DNA from: an uncultured Candidatus Saccharibacteria bacterium
Lineage (GTDB): Bacteria > Patescibacteriota > Dojkabacteria > J137
Direction of reading: 5' to 3'
Length of the DNA: 64,000 nt
Assembly: GCA_965230975.1 (NCBI GenBank)
Contig: OZ246402.1
Span: forward strand, 864,859-928,858
Positions 30,850 to 40,581 of the stretch are shown piece after piece. Position numbers and translations under genes: made by a program. A model generated the notes under the pieces. The model saw only the letters and a list, made by a program, of their open reading frames with translations. It had not been told where the DNA came from and searched no databases. The stretch's first letter is position 1, and each line of letters begins with the position of its first letter.

Positions 30850-30976
30850 GCAGTTATTGTAGCATTAGAGTACCTATTTTATTTTTATATATTAAATGTG
30901 TTCTTGACCAAATTTATACAAGAATATTAAAAAGTGAACTTAAGTAGATGATAAAATTGTTAAGTTAAAAAATAGT

Positions 30977-31195
30977 ATGAAGAATTTTATAAAACAAAAT
31001 TGGCTTTTAATAATATCTTTGCTTTATATTATTAGTCCTATAGATTTTATTCCAGAATTTATTGCCGGGCCTCTTGGTTTAACAGATGATTTTGGCTTAG
31101 TCATCATCTTATTACTAAAGGCGGCATATTCCTATTGGAAGTCATCTAAAAACCCAAAAAAGAATGGAATGATTATTGATGGAGATAAGATATAA
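30977..31195 (+). CDS. DUF1232/YkvA small membrane protein
   Basis: YIISPIDFIPE...GLTDD signature. Confidence 0.85.
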   Translation: MKNFIKQNWLLIISLLYIISPIDFIPEFIAGPLGLTDDFGLVIILLLKAAYSYWKSSKNPKKNGMIIDGDKI

Positions 31196-31218
31196 TAAAA
31201 ACTAGTTAAAAATTACTA

Positions 31219-31998
31219 ATGAAAATAATCTCTTACAATGTAAATGGAATTAGAGCTGCTTTAAAAAAAGGGCTAATAGAATATATAAAACAAGAAAACC
31301 CTGACATAATATGTTTTCAAGAAACAAAAGCTATGCAAGGTCAGGCAGAAATTGACTTGCCAGAATATATTGAATATTGGAATTCTGCAGAAAGAAAAGG
31401 TTATGCCGGGACAGCTATTTTTACAAAAATAAAGCCAATTAGTGTTATTAATAATTTACCAGATGTTCCTGAATTTCAAGATGGATACGGTAATGCAAAT
31501 AAAGAGGGTAGAGTAATAGCAGCAGAATTTGAAAAGTTTTACCTGGTTACCGTTTATACTCCAAACTCCAAGCCAGATTTATCAAGATTAGACTTTAGAC
31601 ATAAAGTTTGGGATAAAGCTTTCTTAAAATTTGTTAAAGATTTAGAACAAAAAAAGCCTGTAATTTTTTGTGGAGACTTAAATGTTGCCCATCAAGAGAT
31701 TGATCTTGCAAGACCAGATGATAACCATAATAGCCATGGTTTTACAGATCAAGAACGGGAAGGTTTTAGCAATATGGTAAGTGCCGGGTTTGTTGATACC
31801 TTTAGAATATTTAATCAAGAGGGTGGTAACTACACATGGTTTGCACCATTCCAAAATAATAAAGCCAGAAATATTGGCTGGAGAATTGATTATTTTAATG
31901 TTTCTGAAAGTTTAAAATCGAAAGTTAAAAATGCATTTATTCATGGTCAAGTTAATGCATCTGACCATGTTCCGGTTGGAATAGAAGTAGACTTATAA
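31219..31998 (+). CDS. xth: Exodeoxyribonuclease III (AP endonuclease)
   Basis: SYNVNGIRA, QETK, EGRVI, YTPNS, GDLNVAH, GWRIDYF, SDHVP. Confidence 0.95.
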   Translation: MKIISYNVNGIRAALKKGLIEYIKQENPDIICFQETKAMQGQAEIDLPEYIEYWNSAERKGYAGTAIFTKIKPISVINNLPDVPEFQDGYGNANKEGRVIAAEFEKFYLVTVYTPNSKPDLSRLDFRHKVWDKAFLKFVKDLEQKKPVIFCGDLNVAHQEIDLARPDDNHNSHGFTDQEREGFSNMVSAGFVDTFRIFNQEGGNYTWFAPFQNNKARNIGWRIDYFNVSESLKSKVKNAFIHGQVNASDHVPVGIEVDL

Positions 31999-32000
31999 AA

Positions 32001-32831
32001 TTAAGATTCTTGAGATTGTTCAAGTCTTTGAGTTATTGCAGAAATTAGAAAATCCCAGTGAACATCTGCACAAAAAAGTCGACCGTTTGCTCTTTCATCT
32101 TCAAATAACATCTTTATAATCATTAATAAATCTAGAGTGTTATATGTTGAATCCAAGTTTCGATTCAAAAAACCCTGCAACTGACTTAATATCTGGCTAT
32201 AAGTCACTTCATTGCCTTGTGTTATAAAATTTATTAATTCAGCTAAATCTTCTCTTTCTAATGTTTCACTGCTAGACAGCAGAAACTCCATAATTAGCTG
32301 TAGCTTAAAATCTGCAACTCTATTCCAAATTACTGGATCATCATCAAAAATATCCCTTTGTCTTACAATATTATATTCATGCGCCAAATTTTCAGTTATG
32401 CCTACAAATCGATTTGTTAAATTACATAGTGCTTGGTTATATGTAACCAACTGTAGTATTTGAGAATCTAAACCGTACAACGAAGGCTTTCCACCTGTAT
32501 GAATTATTTGATCTATAACATCTACACACTCATTGTTAGGAGTCGGTATGATTACTGGAGTTTGGGTTAAACCTCTTGTATCTGGTTGTGAATAAAAGCT
32601 TACTGGATTTTTGCTTAAAGAATCCATTATTAATGCATATGCAACTGTAAATGCAATAAATCCAACTCCAAAACCAGCCATTTTTGCTTTATGCTTATCG
32701 TAAACTTGAGCAGATTGGACGTTAAAGTAATTAGCAAATTTTTGTTTAAGGCTGAATATTGGCTTTTTATTTGGCGTAGTGGAATCATCTTTCAAATTCG
32801 ATTGATTGTTTATGCCAGTTATATCACTCAT
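32001..32831 (-). CDS. Hypothetical single-TM protein
   Basis: Polar N-terminus, one hydrophobic helix at about aa 52-69. Confidence 0.65.
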   Translation of the reverse strand: MSDITGINNQSNLKDDSTTPNKKPIFSLKQKFANYFNVQSAQVYDKHKAKMAGFGVGFIAFTVAYALIMDSLSKNPVSFYSQPDTRGLTQTPVIIPTPNNECVDVIDQIIHTGGKPSLYGLDSQILQLVTYNQALCNLTNRFVGITENLAHEYNIVRQRDIFDDDPVIWNRVADFKLQLIMEFLLSSSETLEREDLAELINFITQGNEVTYSQILSQLQGFLNRNLDSTYNTLDLLMIIKMLFEDERANGRLFCADVHWDFLISAITQRLEQSQES

Positions 32832-32906
32832 TTAGCTTTTGTAACCGTGTTATTATAACTCGGAAACAAGATATGTAAAGAGAGTATGATATTGGGTTAT
32901 CAAGTA

Positions 32907-34346
32907 CTAAAAATAAACACTAAGCCTGAAAGTTGGTTGATTTAAATATCTTTCGGAGAGTTCTGAAAGGCTTGAATTTTGAAAGTCACCATTTTCATCA
33001 ATAAACAAGAATCTCTTTTGGTCATTTATTGTGATCATTACACCTTCCTTTAATTTAACTACACCTGTATTAGTATATGGATTTCTCACATCTTCTACGA
33101 AAAATATTGCATTATTTATATTACTAAAATCCGTTTCAGGGTATATTGGACTAAATATAATTCTATCTAAAACAAAATTACCATAGAAATTTTGAATAAA
33201 GTTATATATTGAACCCGAGCTTAGTGGAAAACCAATAGACCTTGTGTCTAAGGGATTAAGAATCATATCCTGCAGATCTGCAATGCTACTATCAGCAAAA
33301 ATAGGAATACCTATACTATGAATAATATACGCAATGAAAAATGACCTAGCATTTTGAGGGTATGCCCCAATGTTTACAAACTCAGGATTAAAAGTTAAAT
33401 CTTGATTCTGAACGACTAAATTATAGAACTCCAAAATCTCTTCGGGATTTGCATTGCTAAGCGTATCACTAAGTAAAAGTGAAAATTCTCTACTAGATGT
33501 GTTTAAGTTACCCAAATCTGAGCGCTGGATCTCTGGAATACTAATTCGTTCCAACGATCCATCCACAAGTTCGGTTAAATCATTTCTATACCACCTAATA
33601 GGAGTCGCAGTTCTATGTTCAGGGTCTAAACTTAAACCCGATCTTTCTACTAATTCAGAAGATACATCCCCTAGCCAGGCTAATTCGGTAGATGTTCCAT
33701 TAAGAATAGAAGTTACCCCTCTATTTCTAAAAAAAGTGGTCGGTTCAGCAGTATTCAAAACTATAACATTATAATAACCTACCCATCTTTCTAAAACATG
33801 ATTATAAAGTGCAATTTTGCCTATATCTCCAAAGTCTTGAGCAGATTTTAAGGCTACGACTCCATCTATTCCAAAATTTGCAAGTAATTCATTAAATAGT
33901 TGTACATATTCCATGCTATTAATATCTACTATAGATTCATCTATGGTTCTATCGTAATAATTTCTTATTGAAAGTAAAAACATTTCAGAGCGAGTTAATC
34001 TTTCTGAATTTGAAAGTTTTCTTCGAATTTCATCTGTTCTAACTAAGAGCTGACCTCTTGCAACTGCATTTACTCCAAACAAGGTTGCTACACCTTGTGA
34101 AATTCCTGGAGTTTTAATATCAATACTTTCGTAATTTTCCCATTCATTATTAACCTCTTCTAATTGAAATATTCCTTGAGTACTAGGAATATGCAAGTAT
34201 TTGCCTCGATTAATCAAATGGATGAGAGAAAGAACCTGCTCTTGTTTTTCAAAATCAAGGCTCGGATTTTGAGCTTTTAAGTATGCTAATAATGAAATTT
34301 TTAAGAAATCTCTTCGGCTAACACGTACTTTATCTAAATTATCCAT
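32907..34346 (-). CDS. Hypothetical protein with twin-arginine-like N-terminal motif
   Basis: VSRRDFLK at aa 9-16. Confidence 0.65.
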   Translation of the reverse strand: MDNLDKVRVSRRDFLKISLLAYLKAQNPSLDFEKQEQVLSLIHLINRGKYLHIPSTQGIFQLEEVNNEWENYESIDIKTPGISQGVATLFGVNAVARGQLLVRTDEIRRKLSNSERLTRSEMFLLSIRNYYDRTIDESIVDINSMEYVQLFNELLANFGIDGVVALKSAQDFGDIGKIALYNHVLERWVGYYNVIVLNTAEPTTFFRNRGVTSILNGTSTELAWLGDVSSELVERSGLSLDPEHRTATPIRWYRNDLTELVDGSLERISIPEIQRSDLGNLNTSSREFSLLLSDTLSNANPEEILEFYNLVVQNQDLTFNPEFVNIGAYPQNARSFFIAYIIHSIGIPIFADSSIADLQDMILNPLDTRSIGFPLSSGSIYNFIQNFYGNFVLDRIIFSPIYPETDFSNINNAIFFVEDVRNPYTNTGVVKLKEGVMITINDQKRFLFIDENGDFQNSSLSELSERYLNQPTFRLSVYF

Positions 34347-34472
34347 TTACTCAATTCTTATAAACAAAATCAGTCCTGAGGAACGGCTACTAGTCTAACA
34401 CAAGCTCAGCATTTATGAATATAAAAAATTTGTAAATTTAGTACTTAAAATGAATATCAAATAATAAGTCAA

Positions 34473-35639
34473 TCAGCCAACTATGTACAGCTCGCTTTCA
34501 GCTCTAGTTACAGCAGTGTATAGCCATTTTCGCCAATTTTCATCATCCATTTGTTTAAATCTCTCTTCAAATAATATTACTCGCTTAGATTGGCTACCTT
34601 GAGCCTTATGTACAGTGATTGCATATCCAAAATCAAACAAATCCATGTTGTTAAATTGACCTCTTTGATTAGTAAAGTTTAAGCTTTCGATATTATTAAA
34701 TTGTTCCATTGCAATTGCGCCTTTATATTCAGAGTCTTCACCATCCATATCAATCGTAACATCATATACCTTATATTTCTCATCTTTATCTATAGATGTA
34801 ATTGTTCCAAGCATCCCATTAAATATTCCCTTTGCATGATTATTTCTTAAGCATATAACCCTGTCTTTACCTTGCGGTTCTTCGGATTCAAATTCTAGCG
34901 CCTGGCGAATATATTTATTTGTTTTTACCCTGGTTGTGTTGTAACCACATAAAACCAATGTATCTCGCTTAAAGTTTTGCAACAATTCGCCAATAACTTC
35001 TTGCGATTCTGAAGAACCGCGAGCAAGTTTTACAACCCGTTTTGCGTATTCTCCTACGGGGATTTCTCCAGTTTCGCGTGCTAATACAGAAAGTTGAATT
35101 ATAGGATTATCTTCTGCCTGCCTATGAATTTTTTCTAACCTTAACTCTGGATTTTCCATTAAGTTAAACTTACCTTTAATTGGTGGTAATTGACCATGAT
35201 CTCCAACTGCAATTATAGGTATTCCAAAGTGTAAAAGATCATTCCAAATTTCGCTATCTACCATAGATGCCTCATCTACAATAATTAAATCTCCATCTAT
35301 GCTTTTCTTTTTATCCCACCCGACAATTTCATCTTTATCATTTACAACCGGAGAATATATTAACGAATGAATTGTCCCTATAAAATCTTGAGAATAATCA
35401 GATTTAGATTCAGTAATTTTATTTTTTAAAACTCTTGCAGCTTTTCCTGTATAACTACAAAAAACGACTTTGATATGTGGATTTTTAACCTCAAGATTCT
35501 TTCTGAAAACTGAAATCAATGTTGTTTTACCAGTACCAGCATATCCACCCAAAGTAATATATCTATCTTTGTTGATATCGTAGTACCATTTTTCAAGTTT
35601 ATTTAAAACCAGTTTTTGATCGTCTGATAGCTCTATCAT
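34473..35639 (-). CDS. SF1B RecD/Dda-like helicase
   Basis: GYAGTGKTT, TGKAA, TIHS, DEASMV, GDHGQLPP, AITVHKAQGSQ, YTAVTRA. Confidence 0.9.
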   Translation of the reverse strand: MIELSDDQKLVLNKLEKWYYDINKDRYITLGGYAGTGKTTLISVFRKNLEVKNPHIKVVFCSYTGKAARVLKNKITESKSDYSQDFIGTIHSLIYSPVVNDKDEIVGWDKKKSIDGDLIIVDEASMVDSEIWNDLLHFGIPIIAVGDHGQLPPIKGKFNLMENPELRLEKIHRQAEDNPIIQLSVLARETGEIPVGEYAKRVVKLARGSSESQEVIGELLQNFKRDTLVLCGYNTTRVKTNKYIRQALEFESEEPQGKDRVICLRNNHAKGIFNGMLGTITSIDKDEKYKVYDVTIDMDGEDSEYKGAIAMEQFNNIESLNFTNQRGQFNNMDLFDFGYAITVHKAQGSQSKRVILFEERFKQMDDENWRKWLYTAVTRAESELYIVG

Positions 35640-35673
35640 TTAAAGATTATACACCCAAATATTCATACATTTT

Positions 35674-36840
35674 TTAAGAGAAAGGATTTTGTATCTTATT
35701 ATTTATTGGAAGGTTCAGTTTGTTTAAAAATACATCTTGGGTTAAGAACCCTTTCTTATTTACTTCTACCTCTACATAATTCTTCTGACCGTCAAACTCA
35801 CAATTATTTGCACCTAATAACGATAATTCATAAACTCCAGGGTCTGCGCTAAAATTTACAACACCATCTGAATTTGTTTTACTAGAAGCAATTCTGTTAC
35901 CTTTTCTACCAATGCTAACATTAATATCTGTTGCAGGCTCGTTTTCTGGCTTGAAAATCAGCTTTCCTATCTTCCTATTTCTAAAGTCTATTAGTATATA
36001 AGTGTTCCAAACAAGACTGATAGACATAAAAGTAAAATACATGACTGGGCCAAGTGAAAACTCTCTCAAAACTCCCAGTAATGTAACAATTGTAGATAGT
36101 ATAGATACAACGTACAAGTATCTAATGCCTAAATATGCTGGTACAAATAAAATTCTATTAGCAAGTTTTTTTGTAAATGTAAGCTGTGAGACTACAGGAG
36201 TAAGTTCTATATCTGTATAAATACTTATGTGTTCATTACCTGTTGTATCAATATCTACCTCAAAGTAGTTATAATTCTCACTTCTACAAGTTAAATAGTA
36301 CCTTTTTGATTCTTCTGCATTAAATGAAATTCTGTACCTACCAAACAAATCAGATACTGCTTCTGTTTCAAAACTTCTTTCACCAGTTAATATTTTTTCT
36401 GACACAATACGAATACTTGCGAAAGGTATCTCATTATGTGTATTTCTATTATAAATTTTACCCCAAAAACTATTAGGCTTTGGCATAACATATGCCACAA
36501 ACAAAGCTAATGATTCTAGAACTGTTCTTCCTCTAGAAAGTACTAATCCGGCCCACAAGGACAAAATTACAAAAATTAGCAATGCAATTTTTAAAGCACC
36601 GGGGTATATAATTTCTAAAGTTTTGTTTAAAAAGAATGGTATATTTAACAAAAAGAAATTACCTGGGGTAATACCGTAAGAATTTTCTAAATTTTGAAGA
36701 ATAGAATTCCAATCTAAAAAACCTGAAACTAAGATTAATAAGGAGTACAGAATTGCTAGAACGTTGAATAAGTTTTGATATTTGCTTTTAGAAGAACTGG
36801 AGTACTCTGCTATTTTCGGAGTTACTTCTCTAATTTCCAT
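35674..36840 (-). CDS. Membrane protein with two carboxypeptidase-regulatory-like domains
   Basis: TM helices; WGKIYN..T...IPFASIR...SDLFGRY, similar to the C-terminus of the giant protein. Confidence 0.65.
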   Translation of the reverse strand: MEIREVTPKIAEYSSSSKSKYQNLFNVLAILYSLLILVSGFLDWNSILQNLENSYGITPGNFFLLNIPFFLNKTLEIIYPGALKIALLIFVILSLWAGLVLSRGRTVLESLALFVAYVMPKPNSFWGKIYNRNTHNEIPFASIRIVSEKILTGERSFETEAVSDLFGRYRISFNAEESKRYYLTCRSENYNYFEVDIDTTGNEHISIYTDIELTPVVSQLTFTKKLANRILFVPAYLGIRYLYVVSILSTIVTLLGVLREFSLGPVMYFTFMSISLVWNTYILIDFRNRKIGKLIFKPENEPATDINVSIGRKGNRIASSKTNSDGVVNFSADPGVYELSLLGANNCEFDGQKNYVEVEVNKKGFLTQDVFLNKLNLPINNKIQNPFS

Positions 36841-36923
36841 AGTTTATTCCTTTCATCTATAATTCTAACTGATTTTACTAAATTTAAACACATACTAATT
36901 TAATTAAATAGTAAAATGCAAAT

Positions 36924-37619
36924 ATGAAATCTTTAAAAAAAGTTGAAACTAGCATTAGACATTATCCATTTTTACTATCTGTATCTATTATAGTTGCTTT
37001 AGGGATAGCCATATTTGGGGGTATTTTAGAAAATGTATATGAGAAAAACCCATGGATTATTAATTTTGACTTAAATGTTATGCAAAGCATTGTAAATGCC
37101 AGAACAGATTATTTAAATATTATTTTTTTAAACTTTACCAATCTTGGGAATTTAGTTCCATTTATTACAATATTTTGCCTAGCAAGTTTTATATTATTAA
37201 TCTATAAGAAATATATATCAGTAATAATTTTATCTTTGACTTTATTAGGTGGGCAAATACTTGTTTATGCAATAAAACTAATTGTTCAACGAGAAAGACC
37301 AGATGTTTTATTTGCGGTAATTAAAGAGGATGGCTTTAGCTTTCCAAGTGGGCATACCTTTATTGCAGTTACTTTTTGGGGTGTTTTAGGGTTTTTAGTT
37401 GTAAAACATTTAAAAAATATATACCTTAAATTTATAGCTAGTATGCTCTTTATGGGAGTGGTTGTGGGTATAGGATTCTCAAGAATTTACTTAGGTGTGC
37501 ATTGGACTTCAGATGTCATTGCAAGTTATTCTTTGGCACTTGTTTATTCTATTGTTGTTATTTTTGTTGTTTATAGAAGAAAAAAGCTTTTAAAAGAGTT
37601 TAGCCTTATTAATAAGTAG
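36924..37619 (+). CDS. PAP2-family phosphatase (undecaprenyl-diphosphatase-like)
   Basis: K-x6-RP, SFPSGH, SRIYLGVHWTSDV. Confidence 0.92.
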   Translation: MKSLKKVETSIRHYPFLLSVSIIVALGIAIFGGILENVYEKNPWIINFDLNVMQSIVNARTDYLNIIFLNFTNLGNLVPFITIFCLASFILLIYKKYISVIILSLTLLGGQILVYAIKLIVQRERPDVLFAVIKEDGFSFPSGHTFIAVTFWGVLGFLVVKHLKNIYLKFIASMLFMGVVVGIGFSRIYLGVHWTSDVIASYSLALVYSIVVIFVVYRRKKLLKEFSLINK

Positions 37620-37850
37620 CAACTTTTCATCTCTGGTTAAATTTTTAATTTTAATTTCTCTTTTACTTGCTAAAGATCTCCCCTCTAAAGATTCTGTATA
37701 AACTAGTTTGAAAGGTAATTTGGATCTTACATATTTAGAACCTTTGCCAGATTTATGCATTTCTAATCTGTGTTCTAGGTTGTTTGTTATTCCTGTGTAT
37801 AAAGACCCATCTGAACATTTCAGTATGTAAAGCGTGTACGTATCATTCAT
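37590..37850 (-). CDS. GIY-YIG nuclease (UPF0213/YazA-like)
   Basis: YILKCSDGSLYTGIT..RL..H..GKGSKY. Confidence 0.9.
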   Translation of the reverse strand: MNDTYTLYILKCSDGSLYTGITNNLEHRLEMHKSGKGSKYVRSKLPFKLVYTESLEGRSLASKREIKIKNLTRDEKLLLINKAKLF

Positions 37851-38040
37851 AGTTATATTATATGGTTTTAATGTTATTTATTGCTAATATTTCTAAATCT
37901 TTCAGACTAATTGATTTTACTTATCTTTAGATAATTTATATTGATTGCCGATAGGGTAGTTACATATTTTTTCAAAACAATAATCAATTTTAACAGAACT
38001 AAAAATGCTAAAATCTGTATTATAAATAAACCAAACTTTT

Positions 38041-38892
38041 ATGACTCAAGATCAAGCTTTTAAACTTTTCAACCAAATGATTGACGAAGCTAGTAAAGAA
38101 TTGTTTGAATTTACTTTAAGTACTAAGTTAAGTATAGAAAAGAAGGCAGATAAAACATCTGTGACCGAGTGTGATCAATCGATAGATAGGAAGTTATCTG
38201 ACATCGCTAGAAATAATGGGTTACAAGTAGTTTCAGAAGAAGGTGAACATGTAATAGATATAGTTAAATCTGGAAACTATATAACTATAGACCCTATAGA
38301 TGGAACACTTGGATATATTGAATATGTAAACTATGCATTAGAAAGAAATGGAATTAATACATTCGGACATATTAATTTAGGAGCTCAATCTGATTTCTGC
38401 TTACTTTTAGGTATAGTCGAAAACAACATTCCTGCATACGCTGCAGTTTACAATTACATAACCAAAGAAAAGATTTTAATTAATGCAAATACCTCTTATA
38501 TTTTTAGAGAGAACAATATAAGAAATTACAACTCAAAGTTTTGCTTTTATATGGATCAAAGAGAAGGTGGAGAACTAGAAAGATATGTAAAAGAAATGCC
38601 CGAAGTAACATCTGTAATACAGGCAGCGTTAGGATTAAAGTCAATATATACAATAATAAACCCTCATGAAGCTGCGGTGACGATACATAGGGTTCAATCT
38701 GCAGGGTTATGGGATATTATGCCAGCAGCAGTTGCAGCTCGAGCGTTTAATGCAAGCGTACTTGATGATAATGGTAATGATTTAGAATTTAACAAATATA
38801 TAATCTTACCCGGTAAAGGATCTACAATAATAAAAGGGAATAAATTCCAATTTGTAAGAGAAGAGCTTAAAAAAGTACCTAATATACTATAA
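38041..38892 (+). CDS. Inositol monophosphatase/CysQ-family phosphatase
   Basis: K-D-T-VTECD, VSEE, IDPIDGT, WD. Confidence 0.8.
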   Translation: MTQDQAFKLFNQMIDEASKELFEFTLSTKLSIEKKADKTSVTECDQSIDRKLSDIARNNGLQVVSEEGEHVIDIVKSGNYITIDPIDGTLGYIEYVNYALERNGINTFGHINLGAQSDFCLLLGIVENNIPAYAAVYNYITKEKILINANTSYIFRENNIRNYNSKFCFYMDQREGGELERYVKEMPEVTSVIQAALGLKSIYTIINPHEAAVTIHRVQSAGLWDIMPAAVAARAFNASVLDDNGNDLEFNKYIILPGKGSTIIKGNKFQFVREELKKVPNIL

Positions 38893-38893
38893 T

Positions 38894-39214
38894 TTACAAC
38901 CACTTTTTACTATATTGCTCTATAGTATCAATAATCTCTTTAAGTCCACGACCTTTTTCTGTTAAAGTGTATTCAACTTTAGGGGGAATGCATTCGTATT
39001 GTTTTCTTTCTACAATTCCTTCGTCTACAAGATTTTTTAATCTATCAGAAAGAGTAGAGTTGGTAATATGTTCAACCTTTTCTTGAAGCTCGTTAAATCT
39101 TTTACAACCACTTAAAAGCTCCCTTACAATCAAGATATTCCAAAAATCCCCAATTAATTTTGAGGCTTCACTCATAGGACAAAGCTTATTATCTGTTACC
39201 TGGGTTGTGTTCAT
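38894..39214 (-). CDS. HxlR/DUF24 winged-helix regulator (YodB/QsrR-like, N-terminal Cys)
   Basis: CPM...IGDFW, KRFNEL, LSDRLK, PPKVEYTLTEKG. Confidence 0.9.
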   Translation of the reverse strand: MNTTQVTDNKLCPMSEASKLIGDFWNILIVRELLSGCKRFNELQEKVEHITNSTLSDRLKNLVDEGIVERKQYECIPPKVEYTLTEKGRGLKEIIDTIEQYSKKWL

Positions 39215-39268
39215 AGCAATATTTTATCACATTTGACATTTTTATAATAGCTAGATTATACTTACTCC

Positions 39269-39306
39269 AGTTTTACTACTTACTATTATTTCAATAGTAT
39301 AAAACT
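39269..39306. promoter_or_regulatory. Candidate operator of the HxlR-family regulator
   Basis: Perfect TACTATT-N5-AATAGTA (39281-39299) nested in AGTTTTA...TAAAACT in the divergent promoter region. Confidence 0.5.
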
Positions 39307-39333
39307 CAAAATATTATTTATTAATTTATTTTT

Positions 39334-39870
39334 ATGTCTCAATGGGAAATAGACACAGCTCATGCAACTGCACAGTTTAAAGTTAAACACATGGGGTTGG
39401 CTTGGGTACCAGGTCACGTTTATGGAATAACAGGTGATATTGATTTTGACCCTGCAAATATTTCAAACGCAAAGTTTAGTGCAAATATCGATTTAACTAC
39501 ATTAACAACTGGCATGGCGCAAAGAGATGGACATTTAAAAAGTGCAGATTTTTTTGATGTAGAAAAGTATCCAAATATGAAGTTTGAAAGCACATCTGTA
39601 GAAAAAACAAGTGAAAATCACTTTATTGTTAAAGGTAACTTAACAATTAAAGAAACTACAAAAGAGGTTCAAGTTAATGCAGAATATTTAGGGGAAACAG
39701 AAAAACAAAATATGGATGGCACAACATCTACAGTTACATCTTTTATTTTAAGTGCAGAATTAGATAGAAGAGACTTTGGCTTAAACTGGAATATTGACCT
39801 TCCAGGTGGGAAAGTCTTAGTTGGCAATGAGGCTTACATAACAATAGATGTAGAAGCTATTAAGCAATAA
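39334..39870 (+). CDS. yceI: YceI-family (polyisoprenoid-binding) protein
   Basis: WEIDTAH..AQFKVKHMG, RDGHLKSADFFDVEKYP, LDRRDFGL. Confidence 0.92.
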   Translation: MSQWEIDTAHATAQFKVKHMGLAWVPGHVYGITGDIDFDPANISNAKFSANIDLTTLTTGMAQRDGHLKSADFFDVEKYPNMKFESTSVEKTSENHFIVKGNLTIKETTKEVQVNAEYLGETEKQNMDGTTSTVTSFILSAELDRRDFGLNWNIDLPGGKVLVGNEAYITIDVEAIKQ

Positions 39871-39884
39871 ATCGTTTTAATAAA

Positions 39885-39905
39885 GGGGGCGACTTCGTCG
39901 CCCCC
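39885..39905. terminator. GC-rich hairpin between yceI and azoR
   Basis: GGGGGCGAC-TTC-GTCGCCCCC; U-rich tail only on the minus strand. Confidence 0.5.
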
Positions 39906-39967
39906 GTGTTGTAGTTACATTTAAGAAGCCAACCAGCGTTTTAAACGTAATTATATAAATTATAAAC

Positions 39968-40579
39968 ATGAAAAACTTATTACTAGTACATTATGGCCCA
40001 GGGCCAACATCTATAACAAAAAAGATTGTGGCAGATTTAAACCCATTCTTAAAAGAGAATTTTAACTTAGAAGAGTTAGATTTGGTTAAAACTCATCCAA
40101 TTATTTTTACAGAAGAGAGCATGGGTGCATATGTAAAAAGAAATTATCATGGGCACGAACTTACAGATGAAGAATCTAAACACCTAACAATTCCTGACAA
40201 TTTTGCAAATCAGGTTTTAAAAGCCGACTTGTTAGTCATGATATTCCCAATGTATAACTTTCAAGTTCCAGCTGTAATAAAAGGGTGGATTGATAACGTT
40301 GCTCAGGCAAAAAAGGTTTTTAAATACACAGAATATGGCCCTGTTGGTTTATCATCCATTCAAAAAGCATTTGTGGTTCAAGTCACTGGTTCTACACCAT
40401 CAAATTCTGCAAAAGACTTTTTAACACCATACATGGATTTTATTTTAAAGTTTATTGGAGTTAAAGAAGTTAAATTTGAAGGTATTCATGGCACAAAGTT
40501 TTTAGGAGAGATGGCAGACTTAAAAGTCCAAGAAACTACAGCTAATTTAAAAAAGTCTCTTTTACTTATTAAAGATTAA
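39968..40579 (+). CDS. azoR: FMN-dependent NADH-azoreductase / quinone reductase
   Basis: ADLLV..PMYNFQVPA.IKGWID, FKYTEYGPVGL, L.FIG. Confidence 0.85.
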   Translation: MKNLLLVHYGPGPTSITKKIVADLNPFLKENFNLEELDLVKTHPIIFTEESMGAYVKRNYHGHELTDEESKHLTIPDNFANQVLKADLLVMIFPMYNFQVPAVIKGWIDNVAQAKKVFKYTEYGPVGLSSIQKAFVVQVTGSTPSNSAKDFLTPYMDFILKFIGVKEVKFEGIHGTKFLGEMADLKVQETTANLKKSLLLIKD

Positions 40580-40581
40580 CC

